From assembly GCA_016214035.1 (NCBI GenBank), contig JACRPF010000014.1, positions 292,244-356,243 of the forward strand: a stretch of 64,000 bases of DNA. Reading direction: 5' to 3'. A model generated the notes under the pieces. It was not told where the DNA came from. It saw only the letters and a list, made by a program, of their open reading frames with translations, and searched no databases. A program made the position numbers and the translations under genes. The stretch is from Spirochaetota bacterium. Lineage in GTDB: Bacteria; Spirochaetota; Brachyspiria; Brachyspirales; JACRPF01. Below, one piece after another: positions 63,582-64,000 of the stretch; position 1 is the stretch's first letter, and each line of letters starts with the position of its first letter.

Positions 63582-64000
63582 TTGCCCGATACTGAAACAA
63601 ATAACGACACCGTTGCTGAACCGAAAGAAACGCCCGCATCGGAGACGCCGCCGGCAGACAGCCCGCCTGCTTCCGATACTCCCGCGACTGACACCGATGC
63701 TGCACCGGTTGTGAACGACAGTGCGCCGAAAGCCGAGACGGCGGGCGCGTCGGAGAACACAGGACCTGCAGTATCCGATTCCGCAACGGAACCGGCAACG
63801 CCCGAACAGCCGCCTGCTGTAATAAAAAAAACACCGGCAATACTGCGGTTCTTTATAGGAATCAAAAACAGCGAAATCGTAACGCTCTCAGGCAAACTGT
63901 TCATCAATATACTGCAGGGCCTTCGTGACATCGTTTTCGGCATCCGTGACAGCATCGTCCGTGTGTATGAATTTCAGAAGCTCGGCGTTCTGGTCATGTG
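63582..64000 (+). CDS. Hypothetical protein with acidic Pro/Thr/Ala-rich N-terminus, truncated by the window edge (absent from the ORF track)
   Basis: Own translation: the frame is open from 63564 to the window end (LPDTETNNDTVAEPKETPASETPPADSPPASDTPATDTDAAPVV...AILRFFIGIKNSEIVTLSGKLFINILQGLRDIVFGIRDSIVRVYEFQKLGVLVM). The only plausible start is TTG at 63582 with GGAG 5 nt upstream. The competing minus-strand ORF 63548-63955 is low-complexity. Confidence 0.4.
   Translation, partial: MPDTETNNDTVAEPKETPASETPPADSPPASDTPATDTDAAPVVNDSAPKAETAGASENTGPAVSDSATEPATPEQPPAVIKKTPAILRFFIGIKNSEIVTLSGKLFINILQGLRDIVFGIRDSIVRVYEFQKLGVLVM

Noticed and set aside
63548-63955. 135-aa minus-strand ORF (GVSEAGGLSAGGVSDAGVS...)
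   Set aside because: It is a low-complexity mirror image of a plus-strand Pro/Thr/Glu-rich frame. That plus-strand frame stays open to the window edge and ends in a structured-looking segment, so I preferred the plus-strand partial CDS. This call is still uncertain.

Overview
64-kb chromosomal window from an unidentified diderm (Gram-negative-type) bacterium. I saw no rRNA, transposase, integrase, prophage or CRISPR signal. All functional calls come from motif recognition by eye; no searches were run. Contents, left to right: (i) 1-7.9 kb: a low-GC, ABC-transporter-dependent surface-glycan locus on the minus strand, with three consecutive two-domain glycosyltransferases joined by ATGA overlaps, a Wzt-type ATPase and an edge-truncated GT-like gene. 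(ii) 8.3-11.5 kb: a URO-D-family protein, an AT-rich RHH/RelE toxin-antitoxin pair and a Cys-type sulfatase. (iii) 12-18.3 kb housekeeping block: priA, a DksA/TraR-type zinc finger, a membrane TPR protein with an Mrr-like C-terminus, a GT28-like glycosyltransferase and an MnmC-like methyltransferase. (iv) A four-tRNA cluster (Pro-Arg-His-Arg) behind a near-consensus sigma70-type promoter. (v) A STAS protein plus a GAF-GGDEF cyclase. (vi) 20.5-35.1 kb: a sigma54-type promoter, two tandem double-DUF1540 Cys-rich genes and a 13.8-kb gene for a 4,597-aa secreted protein. That protein has 3 beta-helix+FN3 modules, 28 Ig-like ~95-aa domains in an A-B-C-D super-repeat, and a T9SS/FlgD-type C-terminal sorting domain. 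(vii) 35.1-43.2 kb: a translationally coupled operon encoding a CxxC zinc-ribbon, exported proteins, a TPR protein, a PorV/PorQ-like outer-membrane barrel, a SiaA-like HAMP-PP2C phosphatase and a STAS protein. (viii) 43.2-57.8 kb: a minus-strand regulatory block. It runs hybrid REC/PAS/GAF histidine kinase + NtrC-type sigma54 activator, a sigma54-like promoter, a second zinc-ribbon paralog, PAS-GGDEF-EAL, a SiaB-like kinase, a SiaC(DUF1987)-like protein, a PhcB-like SAM methyltransferase, two membrane PP2C phosphatases flanking a PilZ protein, a DUF4912 protein with a perfect 15-bp tandem repeat, an RHH protein and two unknowns. (ix) 58-64 kb: yajQ, hisF, DUF4159, a signal-peptidase-I homolog with Thr at the nucleophile position, a dGTPase-like HD protein, a DUF4130/TIGR03915-like protein, a third STAS protein and an unlisted edge-truncated ORF. 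The most interesting content is the giant modular surface protein with its own PorV-like/partner-switching operon, next to an expanded Sia-like c-di-GMP partner-switching operon. Both appear to be sigma54-driven.
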